NCBI RefSeq assembly: GCF_041146345.1
Contig: NW_027191414.1
Location: 620,001-684,000, forward strand
Direction: 5' to 3'
Length of the DNA: 64,000 bases
Source: Neodothiora populina
Lineage: Eukaryota
This document shows positions 1 to 11,854 of this stretch, piece by piece. Below the pieces are notes generated by a model. It worked only from the letters and a program-made list of their open reading frames with translations, was not told where the DNA came from and made no database searches. A program made the translations under genes and the position numbers. How positions within the stretch are numbered: the first letter of the stretch is position 1; the number at the start of each line of letters is the position of its first letter.

Positions 1-556
1 GCCGGAGCCAAGCAGATCCCGTTTATGGCGTTCTACACCAGTCAAACAAGTGCCCTTTTTTCCTCTCAGATGATTACCGGGTCTGGTATACGAGCAGCTC
101 CAGCACAGTAGTGGTACTGTACTGCAGCTCCTACACACATGATGCACGCCTCTTCCCCCCCCCTTCTTTCGGTTTTCCAGCATGAGAGAAACGGGCGCAT
201 CGTCCATCGCCCATCCCACCTGACCTTGCTCCCTAACCCCTAGTCACAATAATTGCATCCATCCCGCCTTACCGCCAAACTGCTGATATGATAAGCTTGC
301 TTGGCTAGCTAGGCAGCCTGTCCACCTGCTCGACCCAGGATAGGACGTGGTCTTTTGTTTTATTTGTGTATATATCTGCATCAATCTCACCTCTTTTCGC
401 TGCAGCAGTCTTTGTTGCGCCTTTTCGCATGCATTGTTCATACCTCAGTCTTTGACCACGCCTCTTTCTGCGACCGATAGACCAAAGAGTGTTTTTTAGC
501 TCTATCCGAGAGTTAGCAGCGCTGGTCGTGGCTCCTCGTACCGATTTAATACAACC

Positions 557-2993
557 ATGGACGCCTCTACGAATTCCGGGCATAATGATCCGGCACCGGC
601 CGCATTGGGAGACACGAGTAACACGCAGCCACAAGACACAGAAAATAGAACCAGGAGTGGTTGGAGACCATGGGGAGCAAGAGGAGGAAGAGGAGGAAGA
701 GGAGGAAGAGCAGCGGGCGTGGACACGTCCGACAGTAGTTCGATAACAGATCCCCCCAGCCTGAAAGCTCGTCGGAAAAAATGGACGATGGGAATGCTGA
801 ACGACACGGAGACGGACGAAGTGCCTGGTACGACTTATGCGCTGCTGCTGCTGTTCTTGTAAAGTCTATTGCTGATCAACGGAAAGGTTCCATCTTGCTC
901 CTGTCCAAAGCCTCCAATCGCAACGAACCGCTTGGTCTTCAGAATGCACCCGCGAGGAGATCGTCGTCCTCGATACCCATACCCTATCCTTCATCACAGC
1001 CTCACTCGCGAGCACCGTCGATTGCGTCTCGACCGCCGCAGCCGGAAACGAAAAAGACGGCAGATGGCGGCATTGTGCTGGAGCCTCAGCCCGATGAGTC
1101 GATGAATGATCCCTTGAACTGGGCGACTTGGAAGAGAGACTCGGCGCTGCTTTCTCTTGGCTTCTACTGCATGCTGGGTGGAGGCATGACACCCGTCCTC
1201 GCTGCAGGGTTCGGCGAGGTCGCTGAAGCGTATGATGTTAGCTTGTCCCGCGTCGCCTTGACTACCGGCCTGTACATGATGGGTCTCGGTCTTGGGAGTG
1301 TTGTTGCCTCGCCCACGGCCATTCTGTTTGGCAAGCGACCCGTTTATCTGGTTTCGGGCGTCATTTTCATCCTGACGGCCATCTGGTGCGCGCTGTCGCC
1401 AAACTATGTCTCGCTGCTGATTGCCCGTATATTCATGGGCTTTGCCGTCAGTCCGGTCGAATGTCTGCCTTCTGCAACTGTCGCCGAGATCTTCTTCTTG
1501 CATGAGCGTGCCTACCGCCTTGGCATCTATACTCTGCTGCTCCTGGGCGGTAAGAACTTGATCCCGTTGGTCAGCGCTGCCATCATCGAGTCACTCGGTT
1601 GGCGATGGGTTTTCTGGATAGTCGCTATGGTCGTTGGTTTTGGATTGGCTTTGTTATTTCTGTTCGTTCCAGAGACCTTCTGGGACCGTACCCCAAGGCC
1701 TCACCACTGGGACCAGCACCACGATCGTCCGCAAAGGCCTCGCCAAGCAAGTATGTTGTCGCTGGCGTCCATCTTTCGTCACGAAAGACATCACGATGTC
1801 ATGGCGGATCCTCACCCTTCTGAGATGGAGAAGGACATGACGCTTCATTCTCCGACGCAAGAAAATGGCCCTGAAGTTGCAAACAAGAGGCCCTCGAGAC
1901 ATGCACATTTCGGTGACGATATAGAGAAAGTCGATCTGACAGAAGAGTCCTTGTCGCCACATGACACATCTACTGTGGAACCGGCGGCAGTCAGCAGTGA
2001 AGCAGCGGCTGATGCGAGTGCGCTGTCCACGGAGCAAGAGCCCGAGCATGCCCGTCCATTGACTGCAGAAGGTGACACAAGGACTTCAAGTCACACTCCG
2101 GAGACGCACGCATATCCAGGTTCGGTCAAGCACAACTACACCAATTATTACCGTGGAGCACCCCCGAAGTCTTTCGTGCAGACATTGAGACCCTTCTCAG
2201 GGCGTTTGTGTCAGGACAACTGGTTTCGCGTGGCTTTCCGACCTTTTATCCTGTTTGCATACCCTGCAATCCTCTGGTCCGCGATGGTGTATGCGCTCTC
2301 TGTCGGCTGGCTCATTGTGCTCTCCGAGTCTGTGAGTACCATCTACGAGTCTCGCGACACATACAACTTTACATCGTTGCAAGCCGGTCTCGTCTACATT
2401 TCGCCCTTTGTCGGCGGTATCTTGGGGACGGCAGTGGCAGGCAAAGTCAGTGACTTGATAGTGCGGTACGTCAGCCGAAAGAACGACGGCATCTACGAGC
2501 CCGAGTTCAGATTGATCATGGCCATCCCCGTCGCCATCAGCACGACCATCGGACTGATGGGATACGGATGGAGTGCGCAAGAGCGAGACGCCTGGATCGT
2601 GCCGACCGTGTTCTTTGCCATAATCAGCTTCGGCTGCTGTCTGGGCAGCACAACGGCAATTACATTCGCCGTCGACTCGTACAGACAGTATGCGGGAGAA
2701 GCGCTCGTGACGCTGAACTTTGCAAAGAGTGAGTTTTTTTTTCTTTTCTTCTTTTCTGCCAAAAAGGTGAAACGTCAATACTGACGGACCCCCCCCCCCC
2801 CCCAGACATCTTCCACGGCCTGGTGTTCTCGCTGTTCTTCAATCGCTGGCTCACAGCCGACGGCTCCAAGACTGTCTTCTTGTCCCTCGGCGGCATCCAG
2901 CTGGCCTGCTTGCTCTTCACCATTCCCATGTACATATACGGCAAGAGAGCGCGCATGTGGACTGTGCGGAAGAATCTGATGGAGAAGTTTTGA
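557..2993 (+). CDS. MFS transporter, DHA1/HOL1-like family; 3 exons (introns 828-886, 2729-2805)
   Basis: Splicing GTACGA..GCTGAT..AAG and GTGAGT..CTGAC..CAG joins MDAST...DEVPG|SILLL to the 781-2784 ORF and a last exon NIFHGLVFSLFF...MEKF*. Contains PQP...NDPLNW, FGKRPVY, LGWRWVFW, PET and EPEFRL motifs and multiple hydrophobic helices. Confidence 0.9.
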
Positions 2994-3089
2994 GATTTTC
3001 TTTTCGACGTCGAGGAAGGGTAGAGTTGGGGGGAATTAGAGAGGTCTTGGTGATGCGATGATAGATGATGACGACGATGATGATTTAGC

Positions 3090-3114
3090 ATATATATATA
3101 TATATATATATATA
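3090..3114. repeat. (AT)n microsatellite
   Basis: Perfect AT run downstream of the MFS stop codon. Confidence 0.9.
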
Positions 3115-4110
3115 CCTGCACGTCTCGGATGGGGGTTTTTGTCTTTATTCCTAGACGGTCAAGCACAGGGGACAAAGGAGGTCCATGAAATGAGCTTTCA
3201 TCGAAGCATTTCAGCGGATTTATATGAGAAGTAGAGAGTATGGATACAACATGCGAATAGCACGAGGGCCGTCGTCGGTCATGTCTTTGGATTCTGGAGT
3301 TTTGGACGGATATACACTTATGATTACACATACATACACGACTTATCTAGAATCAGATGTACAGATACAGAAACAAATACAGATACAGACATAGCCGACG
3401 AGCGAAAGCGCTTATCAATGACTCCACCGTGGGTTCTCGACGCAGCGCACAAGAAAGGACAGAGGCAATGACAAAATGAGTTGGGGGCAGAGAGTAAAGA
3501 TGCATGATGACAGAGATAAGGTGACTCCTCGAGCATGGCGGATGTATATACATGGATCATGAGGATATATGCAAGGAACAGCAACACCTTACTTATGGTC
3601 GGGACGGGATGTGGATGGAGGGCGACCCTGTCTTCTCACTCCTTCTCTTTCATCACTTGTTTTATCTTCACTTCACGCACTGAATACAGTACAGGAACCG
3701 GGATCAAGTCTCCAGACGAAACCTGGAAGATTGCACAGTACTGTTGCTCTATACCGTTTTTGGTGATCATTTACCCGGTTCTTTTGATTATTACTCTTGG
3801 TTGCATCGACGGTCGTGTCAGAGAGGCGGGACGGACTTCAGGATGCCGAAATGCACTCACTCGTTTCGAGCAGAGTTTCGACAACCGAGATCCCGAGATG
3901 GTAGGGATATGAGTCGTGTAAAATACAGGATGAGACAAAAAAGCAACGAGGACTGATTTCACAAGAGGGAGAAGAAAAAAAAGTGACGATATATTGTACA
4001 AGCACTTTCTGCCATTCACTCCCAACACTTATTTATCTAAACAAATGATGGGACAGAAAACGATCACAGAAAGTGGAGGAATCCGGCTCTGTATTCGCTT
4101 GATACCCTGT

Positions 4111-4135
4111 CTTCTTCTTCTTCTTCTTCTTCTTC
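4111..4135. repeat. (CTT)n microsatellite
   Basis: Tandem CTT units in the ATP18 3' flank. Confidence 0.9.
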
Positions 4136-4219
4136 TCCTCTTCTCGTCCTCCTTCACTTCCTTCCTTGTCGCATCCTCTCATATCTCGCCCGATCTGGTC
4201 AAATCAGACAAAGAGACAT

Positions 4220-4760
4220 TTAGTGAGCGGCGACCTTGCCGGACTTGACGGCGGGGTTGCGAGGGTCGTGCTTGTACTCGTCGGCTGTTTGCGGAGGGGT
4301 CTCGTCAGTGACTGATTGATTCTGGTTGCGCTGGCTGATTGATGGATTGCTGTTGTCTGGCGGCTGCAATGCAATGTAATAGTGCGGAGCAAATGAAAGA
4401 GGTTCACTGACTGTTCATGAGGGCGGTGGCGAGGGAGTTGATGCCGTAGAAGATGATGCCGCCTGTTTTTTGCGTCAAGTGTTAGTCTGGTGGTTCGGTT
4501 CGGGATCGTCTTGTCGTCCAGCTGTTGCGCTGCGAGGAGGATTCGTGGTCCACACGTACCGGCGATGTAGAAAGGAGCCATGGGCCTCACTGCAGACATG
4601 TCAGCATTTGTGCCGTCTGCGTATTCTAGAGCAGAGAAGAGGGCGGTAGAGAAGAAGAGCGCGCGTGGGCAGGAAAAGAGAACGGCGGCGGCGGCGGAGT
4701 CGGCGGCGCAGGCGACATACAGACGGGGGTGGGGAACTTCTTTCCGAGGATGCCAGACAT
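4220..4760 (-). CDS. ATP18: Mitochondrial ATP synthase subunit j; 4 exons (4760-4721, 4589-4560, 4462-4412, 4284-4220)
   Basis: Manual splicing of three GT-AG introns gives MSGILGKKFPTPVLRPMAPFYIAGGIIFYGINSLATALMNTDEYKHDPRNPAVKSGKVAAH*, with the KKFPTP, PFY and DPRNP signatures. Not visible as a single ORF in the track. Confidence 0.93.
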
Positions 4761-5044
4761 GATGACTGAGAGATTGTTGGAGTTGAAGGGCAAGATTGGA
4801 GTGATGTTGTCTGGATTGATAGACTCTTGCTCTCTCTCTTTCACTCTCTGTCTCTGTCTCTCTCTCGCCGTCGTTGCGGGCGCTGAGCTCTCGACTTCCG
4901 AACCTGCGGACAGAGAGGCTTGGCGTCCTGCGGGCTTGGCACGAGTCCGTGTCATAGCTCTGTTTACCATCATCATTTGTACAGATAGTGATACATATAC
5001 ATATCTGTTCGATACGAGAACACACGGAAAAGAAAGAAACCAGG

Positions 5045-5670
5045 ATGAGCGCGTGCAATGCAGCGCTGGAGGGCTGTGTGGCTTCCCTGCGCTCGAGCAT
5101 GCAGCTGCTCGATTCGTCGATAAACATCCTCGACTCCGCCGTCAGTGACTATCCTCGACTGGCCAGGGTCTTGCAATCGACGAGGGTAAGTCTTTTCTTC
5201 TTTTTCTTCTTTCTCCTCTCTGTAAAGAACAAGACACATTGACAATAGCACAAAAACAGCATTACGAGTTGGTCTCGGAATCCGACCTCGATACCGCCCA
5301 ATCCGCGCTCTGCTCGGAGATACAACCGGAAGTGGACAACCTGCTGAACCGCGTGTCTACCCATCTCGACAAACTCGAGCGTCGCGAACAGTCGTTGATA
5401 GCCAAGTGCGACCTGCAGGAAGGACGGCTGAACCGCAACGGACCGCCGGCAATGAGAGCAAAGAGTCCAGCACGCCGTGGTCTGACCAGGCGAGACGGCG
5501 GCGAGGGCGCGGTCAGCAGCATCGAGGAAGTCAAGATGCAGCAATTGCGACAGAAGAAAGAAAGGCTGAGCTATGCTGTCGGACGCTTGGAGCTGCAGGC
5601 GACGCAAAAGGAACGCCAGCTGAGAAAGAGCATGGCTGGCACTGGTGGCTTGAACTTCAACGAGGATTGA
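5045..5670 (+). CDS. SPC19: DASH/Dam1 complex subunit Spc19; intron 5186-5259
   Basis: LEGCVASLRSSMQLLDSSINILD..DYPRLARVLQSTR|HYELVSE..KLERREQSL..KKERLSYAVGRLEL matches Spc19. Intron is GTAAGT..CAG. Confidence 0.88.
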
Positions 5671-5931
5671 TCTTGATCGTCTCATGAATCATACGCATCG
5701 GACGGGACTGGACGGCATGGGCGTTATGGCGAACGAGATGGACGATGATACCCTTTTTTTCTTTTCTTTTTGTCTATTCTTCTGCTTAAACTCACGGCCT
5801 GTAGATGTTCCTGAAGTCAAACGAATTGATCTCGTCGCCTGAGTTGCGCGACTGCTAGACCGTATACTCTGTACAAGTGAAGATTCAGCATCATTGACAC
5901 GTCTGCCATCTGCCTGAATAAAAGTATTGAT

Positions 5932-6082
5932 TGACTCACCTGATAAGGCCATGTCAAGTGATGCACAGAAGTGAAAGTGAAGGTGACGCAGATACAAAGC
6001 TGCGAGTCATGCGTCGGGCAAGCAAGAGTCATCTCACCAGGAATCCAGTCAAGAAACTTGTGCCCCGCCCTCCAAGAGTCAT
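5932..6082. promoter_or_regulatory. Cluster of four Gcn4/CpcA-type TGACTC elements upstream of the Asp-tRNA synthetase gene
   Basis: TGACTCA at 5932-5938. GAGTCAT (ATGACTC on the minus strand) at 6004-6010, 6026-6032 and 6076-6082. Confidence 0.65.
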
Positions 6083-6160
6083 ATATCTTTATTGTATCTT
6101 TGTTATATCTCCCCGATGACACATCCTCATATACCGGTATTCCACTGATCATCCACAGTC

Positions 6161-8012
6161 ATGGCCGACCAGAACGCATTGGAGTCCAAGCCGGCTCAAT
6201 CCATTCCTGAGCGTCCCAAGGAAGAGACTCCTGCCGCCGCCGCTGCTGCTGGAGGAGATGGAGCAGAAGGTGACAAGGGACCTTCGAAGAATGCGCTGAA
6301 GAAGGCGGCAAAGGAAAAGGAAAAGGTATCTTTCTTCTCTTCTATTCTGCATGAGAAAAACACAATAACCAACACGCTACAAGGCAGAGAAGGCGGCAAA
6401 GCGCGCAGCAGCAGAGGCGGCCCGGAAAACGGCACAAGAGTCGGAAGACGTCTCCAAGGAAGACTACGGCGAGCTCCCCATGATCGGATCCACCGAATAC
6501 GTGCCCTCTGGAATCCCTCGCGTGAACCTGGCCGAGATCGCAGAGCAGTACAAGGACACGACTTCCATGGACGAGGCAGGCGGCCCCGACGTCTGCTTCA
6601 GAGCGGTCGTCGACAACGCCCGCAACCAATCAGCAAAGCTCTCTTTTCTTGTCTTCAGACAGGGCATGGCCACCATCCAGTCCGTCGTTGCCGCCAGTGA
6701 CAAGCTCAGCAGACAGATGGTCAAGTTCGCCGGCGGCATTCCCGCAGAGTCGGTTGTTCTTGTTCATGGTCTGGTCAAGAAGACGCCCGAGCCCGTCAAG
6801 AGCGCAACCATCAGCCAGCTCGAGATCCACGTCAAGAAGCTCTATATCGTTGCAAAGGCCGACTCGCAGCTGCCCATGCAGGTCGAGGATGCCGAGCGTG
6901 CCATCCCCGTCGAGGGCGAGGAAGAGAAGGAAGATGCCTCGGGCCGGCCCAATGTCACTCTCAACACCCGTCTGAACAACCGTGTCATCGATCTCCGAGG
7001 AAAGCACAACCGCGCCATCTTTGCCATCAAGGACGGCGTCGTCGCTCTCTTCTCCGAGTTTTTGCGCAACAACGGCTTCATCGGCATCCAGACCCCCAAG
7101 CTGCTCGGTTCCCCTTCGGAAGGCGGCGCCAACATCTTCCAAGTCACCTACTTCGCCACAAAGGCCTTTCTGGCCCAGTCACCTCAGCTCTACAAGCAAA
7201 TGCTCATCGCTGCCCGTTTCGAGAGCGTCTTCGAGGTCGGTCCCATTTTCCGCGCCGAGAACTCAAACACCGCTCGTCACTTGACCGAGTTCACCGGTCT
7301 CGATCTGGAGACGACGTTCGACGAGGACTACCACGAGGTCGTCGAGCTCCTCGAGAGGCTGATGCTGTTCATCTTCAACGGCCTCAAGACCCGCTACAAG
7401 GCCGAGACCGACCTGGTGCGGTCCATCTACCACGTCGACGAGTTCAAGCTGCCCGAGGCAGGCAAAGTGCCGCGCATCCCCTTCCGTGAGGGAATCCAGA
7501 TGCTGCGCGACGACGGCGTCGAGATCGGCGACTACGACGACCTGAGCACGCCCGACGAGAAGCGACTCGGCGCGCTCGTGCTGGAGAAATACGGCTCCGA
7601 CTTTTACGTGCTCGACGAATTCCCCCTCAACATCCGCCCCTTCTACACCATGCCCGCGCACACGAGTCCCGCACACCCCAAGAACGCAGGCAAGCCCAAC
7701 GACTCGCCGCTGGGCATCAACGCCGGCTACTCCAACTCGTACGACTTCTTCATGCGCGGCCAGGAGATCCTGTCCGGTGCTCAACGTATCCACGACGCCA
7801 AGTTCTTGGAGAAACGCATGAAGGAGTGCGTCACCCCCGTCGACCCCACCTCGGACGGTCTGCGCGACTATGTCAACGCTTTCAGGTACGGATGTCCACC
7901 GCACGCCGGTGGCGGTATCGGCCTCGAGAGAATCGTCATGTTGTGGTTGGGCCTGCCCAATGTCAGACTCGCGTCGTTGTTCCCTCGTGATCCTAGCAGG
8001 TTGATGCCTTAG
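6161..8012 (+). CDS. DPS1: Cytoplasmic aspartyl-tRNA synthetase; intron 6326-6383
   Basis: N-terminal SKNALKKAAKEKEK|AEKAAK, an OB-fold region, RLNNRVIDLR, EGGA, LAQSPQLYKQ, FRAENSNT.RHLTEF, GQEILSGAQR and PPHAGGGIGLER class IIb motifs. Confidence 0.95.
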
Positions 8013-8479
8013 ATTCTTTTTTTTTTGGCTGTTTCTTTTTCGTTTTCTTTCCTTGGATCATTGGATGGCGAAAAAAGTAGTAGCAGTAGCAGACACTAGA
8101 AAATTCCAAGAATGTGTGTATACGAGTTTCCTTACAGCTGACACTCTATTTCTCCTCTTTCTCTTGCGCTGTCGTCGAGCCGAAAAGAGGACCTGATGAA
8201 GAAGCGAAATTACATTTTGGGGAAAGGAAGATTGAATGAATAGAGAAAAAAAAAAGAGAGATGTGGTAGTAGAATGTCAGGCATTGTTACAGAGTCGCTC
8301 ATTGCTTTGCAGAGAGGCCAAGTGAGCTCGACGTCGGTTGAGCTTTGATCGTGTTTGTTTGTGTCCGGACGAGATACCGCTCCACCTCTTCTTGTTCTTG
8401 ACCAAAGATCTAGATAGAGACTCCGAAAGTTTGAAGAAGAGAGACAGGATATCGAGATAGAAAGCGAAAAGAAAGGGAA

Positions 8480-9439
8480 CTACCGCCTGCCCAACATAGC
8501 CAACCTCGCAGGGTGAATCCCACTATCCGCCTGCGCAGGCACGTCCTCCACACTCTCCACCTTCTTCTCCTTCTTATCTCCATTCTGCAGCGACTTCTTA
8601 TTCTTCTTCTCCTTCCTCTCCTCAGACTTCATCTCCGCCTCGGCGCGCCTCTTCCTCTGCTCCTCCAACCTCTTATTCTTCTCCTTGAGCTTCTCCTTCC
8701 TGCCCTCGGATTTATTGCCCCCACCTCCCGCCGTGAGCTCGACATTAATCCGTCTCTGCGACTTCTCCGCGGGTCCGACCCCGCTGTCGAACAGGCTGTG
8801 GTGGTACAGCTTCAGACACGTCTTCATGCGGTCGTAGTTGTCGAACTCGAGGAAGGCGTAGCCTTTTGATTTTTTCGTCGCTGGGTCCGTGATGTGTCGG
8901 ATTGACGACGGGGTTATCGAGGCGAAGTGCTTGGTTATCGTCTCTGTTGTTGCGGTGAAGGGCAGGTTGCCGATGAAGACTATGAAGCGCTGGTTGTTCT
9001 TGGGTGCTGCTGCGGCGGCGGCGGCGGCGGTGCTTGGGTCGGTCGTGTCTGCGTCTGTTGACGAGTTGGCGGATTTGCCCTTTTTCTGCTTCTTGTGCTT
9101 CTTTCCCTTTGTGTTGCTGTTGGTGGCTTCTTCTGCGCCTTCTGAAGCAGCTACTGCGGGGGCTGGCTCGTCGTCCTCCTTGCCGTCGCGCTTGCGCTTC
9201 AGGGACTTCTTGTCGCTGGATGCATCTTCGCTCTCTTTCGCTGCAGCAGACGATTCTGCTGCTTCTTCGGTCTTGCTGCTGCTCTTCTTGCTCTTCTTGT
9301 GCCTCTCGGCTGATCGTGCGGCTTTCTTTGCTTTCCCCGTCAATGGAGCTTCTTCTTCTGCTGCTGCTGCTGCTGCTGTTGTCGGCTCGGTCGCTTCTTC
9401 AACAACTTCGACAGGCTTCTTCGAGTCCTTTTTAGACAT
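8480..9439 (-). CDS. Nucleolar RRM protein, Nop6-like
   Basis: Lys/Glu-rich termini, RRM with RFIVFIGNLPF and KSKGYAFLEF, RRINVELTAGGGG, and C-terminal GIHPARLA. Confidence 0.85.
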   Translation of the reverse strand: MSKKDSKKPVEVVEEATEPTTAAAAAAEEEAPLTGKAKKAARSAERHKKSKKSSSKTEEAAESSAAAKESEDASSDKKSLKRKRDGKEDDEPAPAVAASEGAEEATNSNTKGKKHKKQKKGKSANSSTDADTTDPSTAAAAAAAAPKNNQRFIVFIGNLPFTATTETITKHFASITPSSIRHITDPATKKSKGYAFLEFDNYDRMKTCLKLYHHSLFDSGVGPAEKSQRRINVELTAGGGGNKSEGRKEKLKEKNKRLEEQRKRRAEAEMKSEERKEKKNKKSLQNGDKKEKKVESVEDVPAQADSGIHPARLAMLGRR

Positions 9440-10962
9440 TTTCGGTTTCGCTTTTCCTTTGCCTTTTCTTTGCTTGGAACACTGACGCTTGGGGGGGAAT
9501 TATCTTTGATATTTCTCGGAGGAAATTGAGATGAAAAGAGACAGATCGATGGAAAAAAGACGATGGAAAATGGGTTTCCTTTTTTTTTGTTATTCAAGGC
9601 GTCTGAGACTTTTTTTCTTTTCTTTCTCCAACAGAAAAGGTCGGGGCGGGTTGAACTTTGGGTCTATTCTCCGCAAACGCCGGAGGTGGAAAGTGTGGAG
9701 AGAAAAATACACAGGGTCAGACAAATACGCACCACACCACCTACCACCAAGGGTATTAAGAAAGTCCCTGTAACTTGTCTACTCGTGTAACTCTGTATAT
9801 ACTTAGCTTGACTATCATCACTAAAGTATCACTCGTCTGTATCACTTGTCTGTATCGTGGGAAAGGTGTATGACCAGAGTAAAGAATAGAACCATATTCA
9901 TATCTGAAGCAATTCTTTCGGTTCCTCGTCTGTTACCACTCTAGGCTACTCTAGGCTAGGCTCAGAACATAGATATCTCGGTCGCTGGGTTTGGGGGCTG
10001 TCTCGGATTGCACTAATACTGTTCCTCGTACTACGAAGTACCCGAGCATTGTTTTGTCGGACTACGGGGATTAGCATCCACCTTCATGCAAGATGTGTGT
10101 GCTCATGATGAGTTATGATGCATATCGATTCAATCCAGAACACTCCTCGTCGATCTGCAGCACAGTATTACTCACGACACACTGTACATAGCTCAGACAC
10201 TTTTGTCAACTTCCGACAAAACCAAAGGGGTTTAATCTTAACATTAGGGTTACTTTCTTGAAATGGGTCGAGGGCAATTTCGGCGGATGTGGTGGTGAGA
10301 GGTGGGGGTAAAAGAGGGTGGTAGAGAGGGAAAATGTGTGGGTGGGTTCTATCTACAGCGTTGTTTCAGGTTGCGGGATCAAAAAAGGGCGAAAACCATT
10401 TCAGACGTTTCCAAGAATAGACGACGACTGAGATATGCTCGGCTGTCCGTAATCTTCGAGGAAGACCGACTCTGATCCTGCTTCGCCTTCCTTTCCCGCG
10501 CCTCCTCGTGTTCGCTTTACTTGCTGTCTTGAGTCGCCGAGCGCGAACACCTGGGTTTTCGATATCCTGCGTCGAGCCTGCGATTTCCGCATGCTGTGTG
10601 TCGCTGTGATGCCTTTTGAGAGCAGAAGAAAGCGCGCACGTTGCGTACTACGGTAGCGGGGTTGGTCGGTGTATGGGTGTTTGAAAGGGGGGGTATCTGC
10701 GCCTTGAGTCTGCATGTTCATGTCCGCTGCGTCCTTGCCAGTCAAGAAACATATAAGAAAAAAAAGGAAAAGAGTCGTTGATCCAACGCCAGCCACGCCG
10801 GGACTAGACTAAGGCAAATCGAGTTTGAAGAGAGATCTATGATGCTGGGAAAGATGCAAGTACGTTCGAGGTTGGGGAGGAAATGTGATGGTCGGATATT
10901 CGATAGTGTGAGGGTTGTTGCTGGGCGTTGCTCCTTCGGCTTCTTTGTTATAAGTATATCCC

Positions 10963-11854
10963 TCAGAGAATGACACACTTGGACTTCTTGGGCTTCGATG
11001 TAGGGCGGGGGCTCAGAACAGCTCTGCGGCTCATGTCAGACGATTGTTATGAGAAGTTCACGGGTATAACCCACCTGATGGCCTCGTCGAAGACGCTCTT
11101 GAGGTTCCTTTGAGTCAGGGCAGAGCACTCCATGTACTTGACAGCCTTGATCTCCTTGGCCACAGTGACTGCTTGCTCGTATGTTATCGGCGCCATCTTC
11201 TTTTGTCGGAGTCCCTCCTTGGTGCCCTCGTCATCTCTTAAATCAAGCTTGGTTCCGACAAGGATGATGGGCACGCCGGGTGCGTGATGCTCGATCTCGG
11301 GGTACCACTGCATGGCGTGTCAGCTTCGGGCTGCAGAACAGGACGATGGGCCGAACATACCTTGGCCTTGACGTTGTCAAACGACGGCGGGCTGACAATG
11401 GAAAAGCAGATGAGGAAAACGTCGGTTTGAGGATAAGAAAGTGGTCGCAGTCTGTCGTAATCCTCTTGACCAGCAGTATCCCAGAGTCCAAGACTGATGG
11501 GCTTGCCATCGACCATGACACTGGCCGAGTAGTTGTCGAAGCTACATTACAACAAATTGTCAGACAGCTGTTTCTGTGTGTGCGTGTATCATGAGCGGTC
11601 ATACACGGTTGGAATGTATTCGCCGGGGAATGCATTAGTCGTGTAAGATATGAGCAGACAGGTCTATCAACAGCGTCAGCATCTCTGGCCAGCTCCATCA
11701 AGCTTCGTGGTCTCTCACCTTTCCAACGGCACCGTCTCCTGTCACAACACACTATTAAAAAACAATAAGCATAGGCTCCATGCTCATTCCGAGCTCGACG
11801 AGTTTCATTGCGATGGCCTACTTTCAGGGACTGAGTAGCGGGCGCTGCTGCCAT
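10963..11854 (-). CDS. RAC1: Rho-family GTPase Rac; 6 exons (11854-11822, 11751-11719, 11663-11605, 11541-11361, 11307-11075, 11023-10963)
   Basis: [54 protein letters not shown] and a polybasic CAAX end [10 protein letters not shown]. All five introns are GT-AG. Confidence 0.96.

Noticed and set aside
139..455. Polyamine-sensing uORF upstream of the HOL1-like transporter
   Set aside because: Short upstream ORFs exist (139-243 ending LLPNP*, 182-223 ending HPT*, 288-308, 429-455), but none ends in the Pro-Ser-stop motif of the HOL1 uORF and the TSS is unknown.
4204..5127. 307-aa minus-strand ORF
   Set aside because: It reads through ATP18 introns and the promoter and overlaps SPC19. The spliced ATP18 model explains the region.
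10244..10252. TAACCCTAA (minus strand) as a telomerase RNA template
   Set aside because: A single 9-mer is expected by chance in 64 kb. It lies in the probable Rac 3' flank, with too little room for a long telomerase RNA and no pseudoknot seen.
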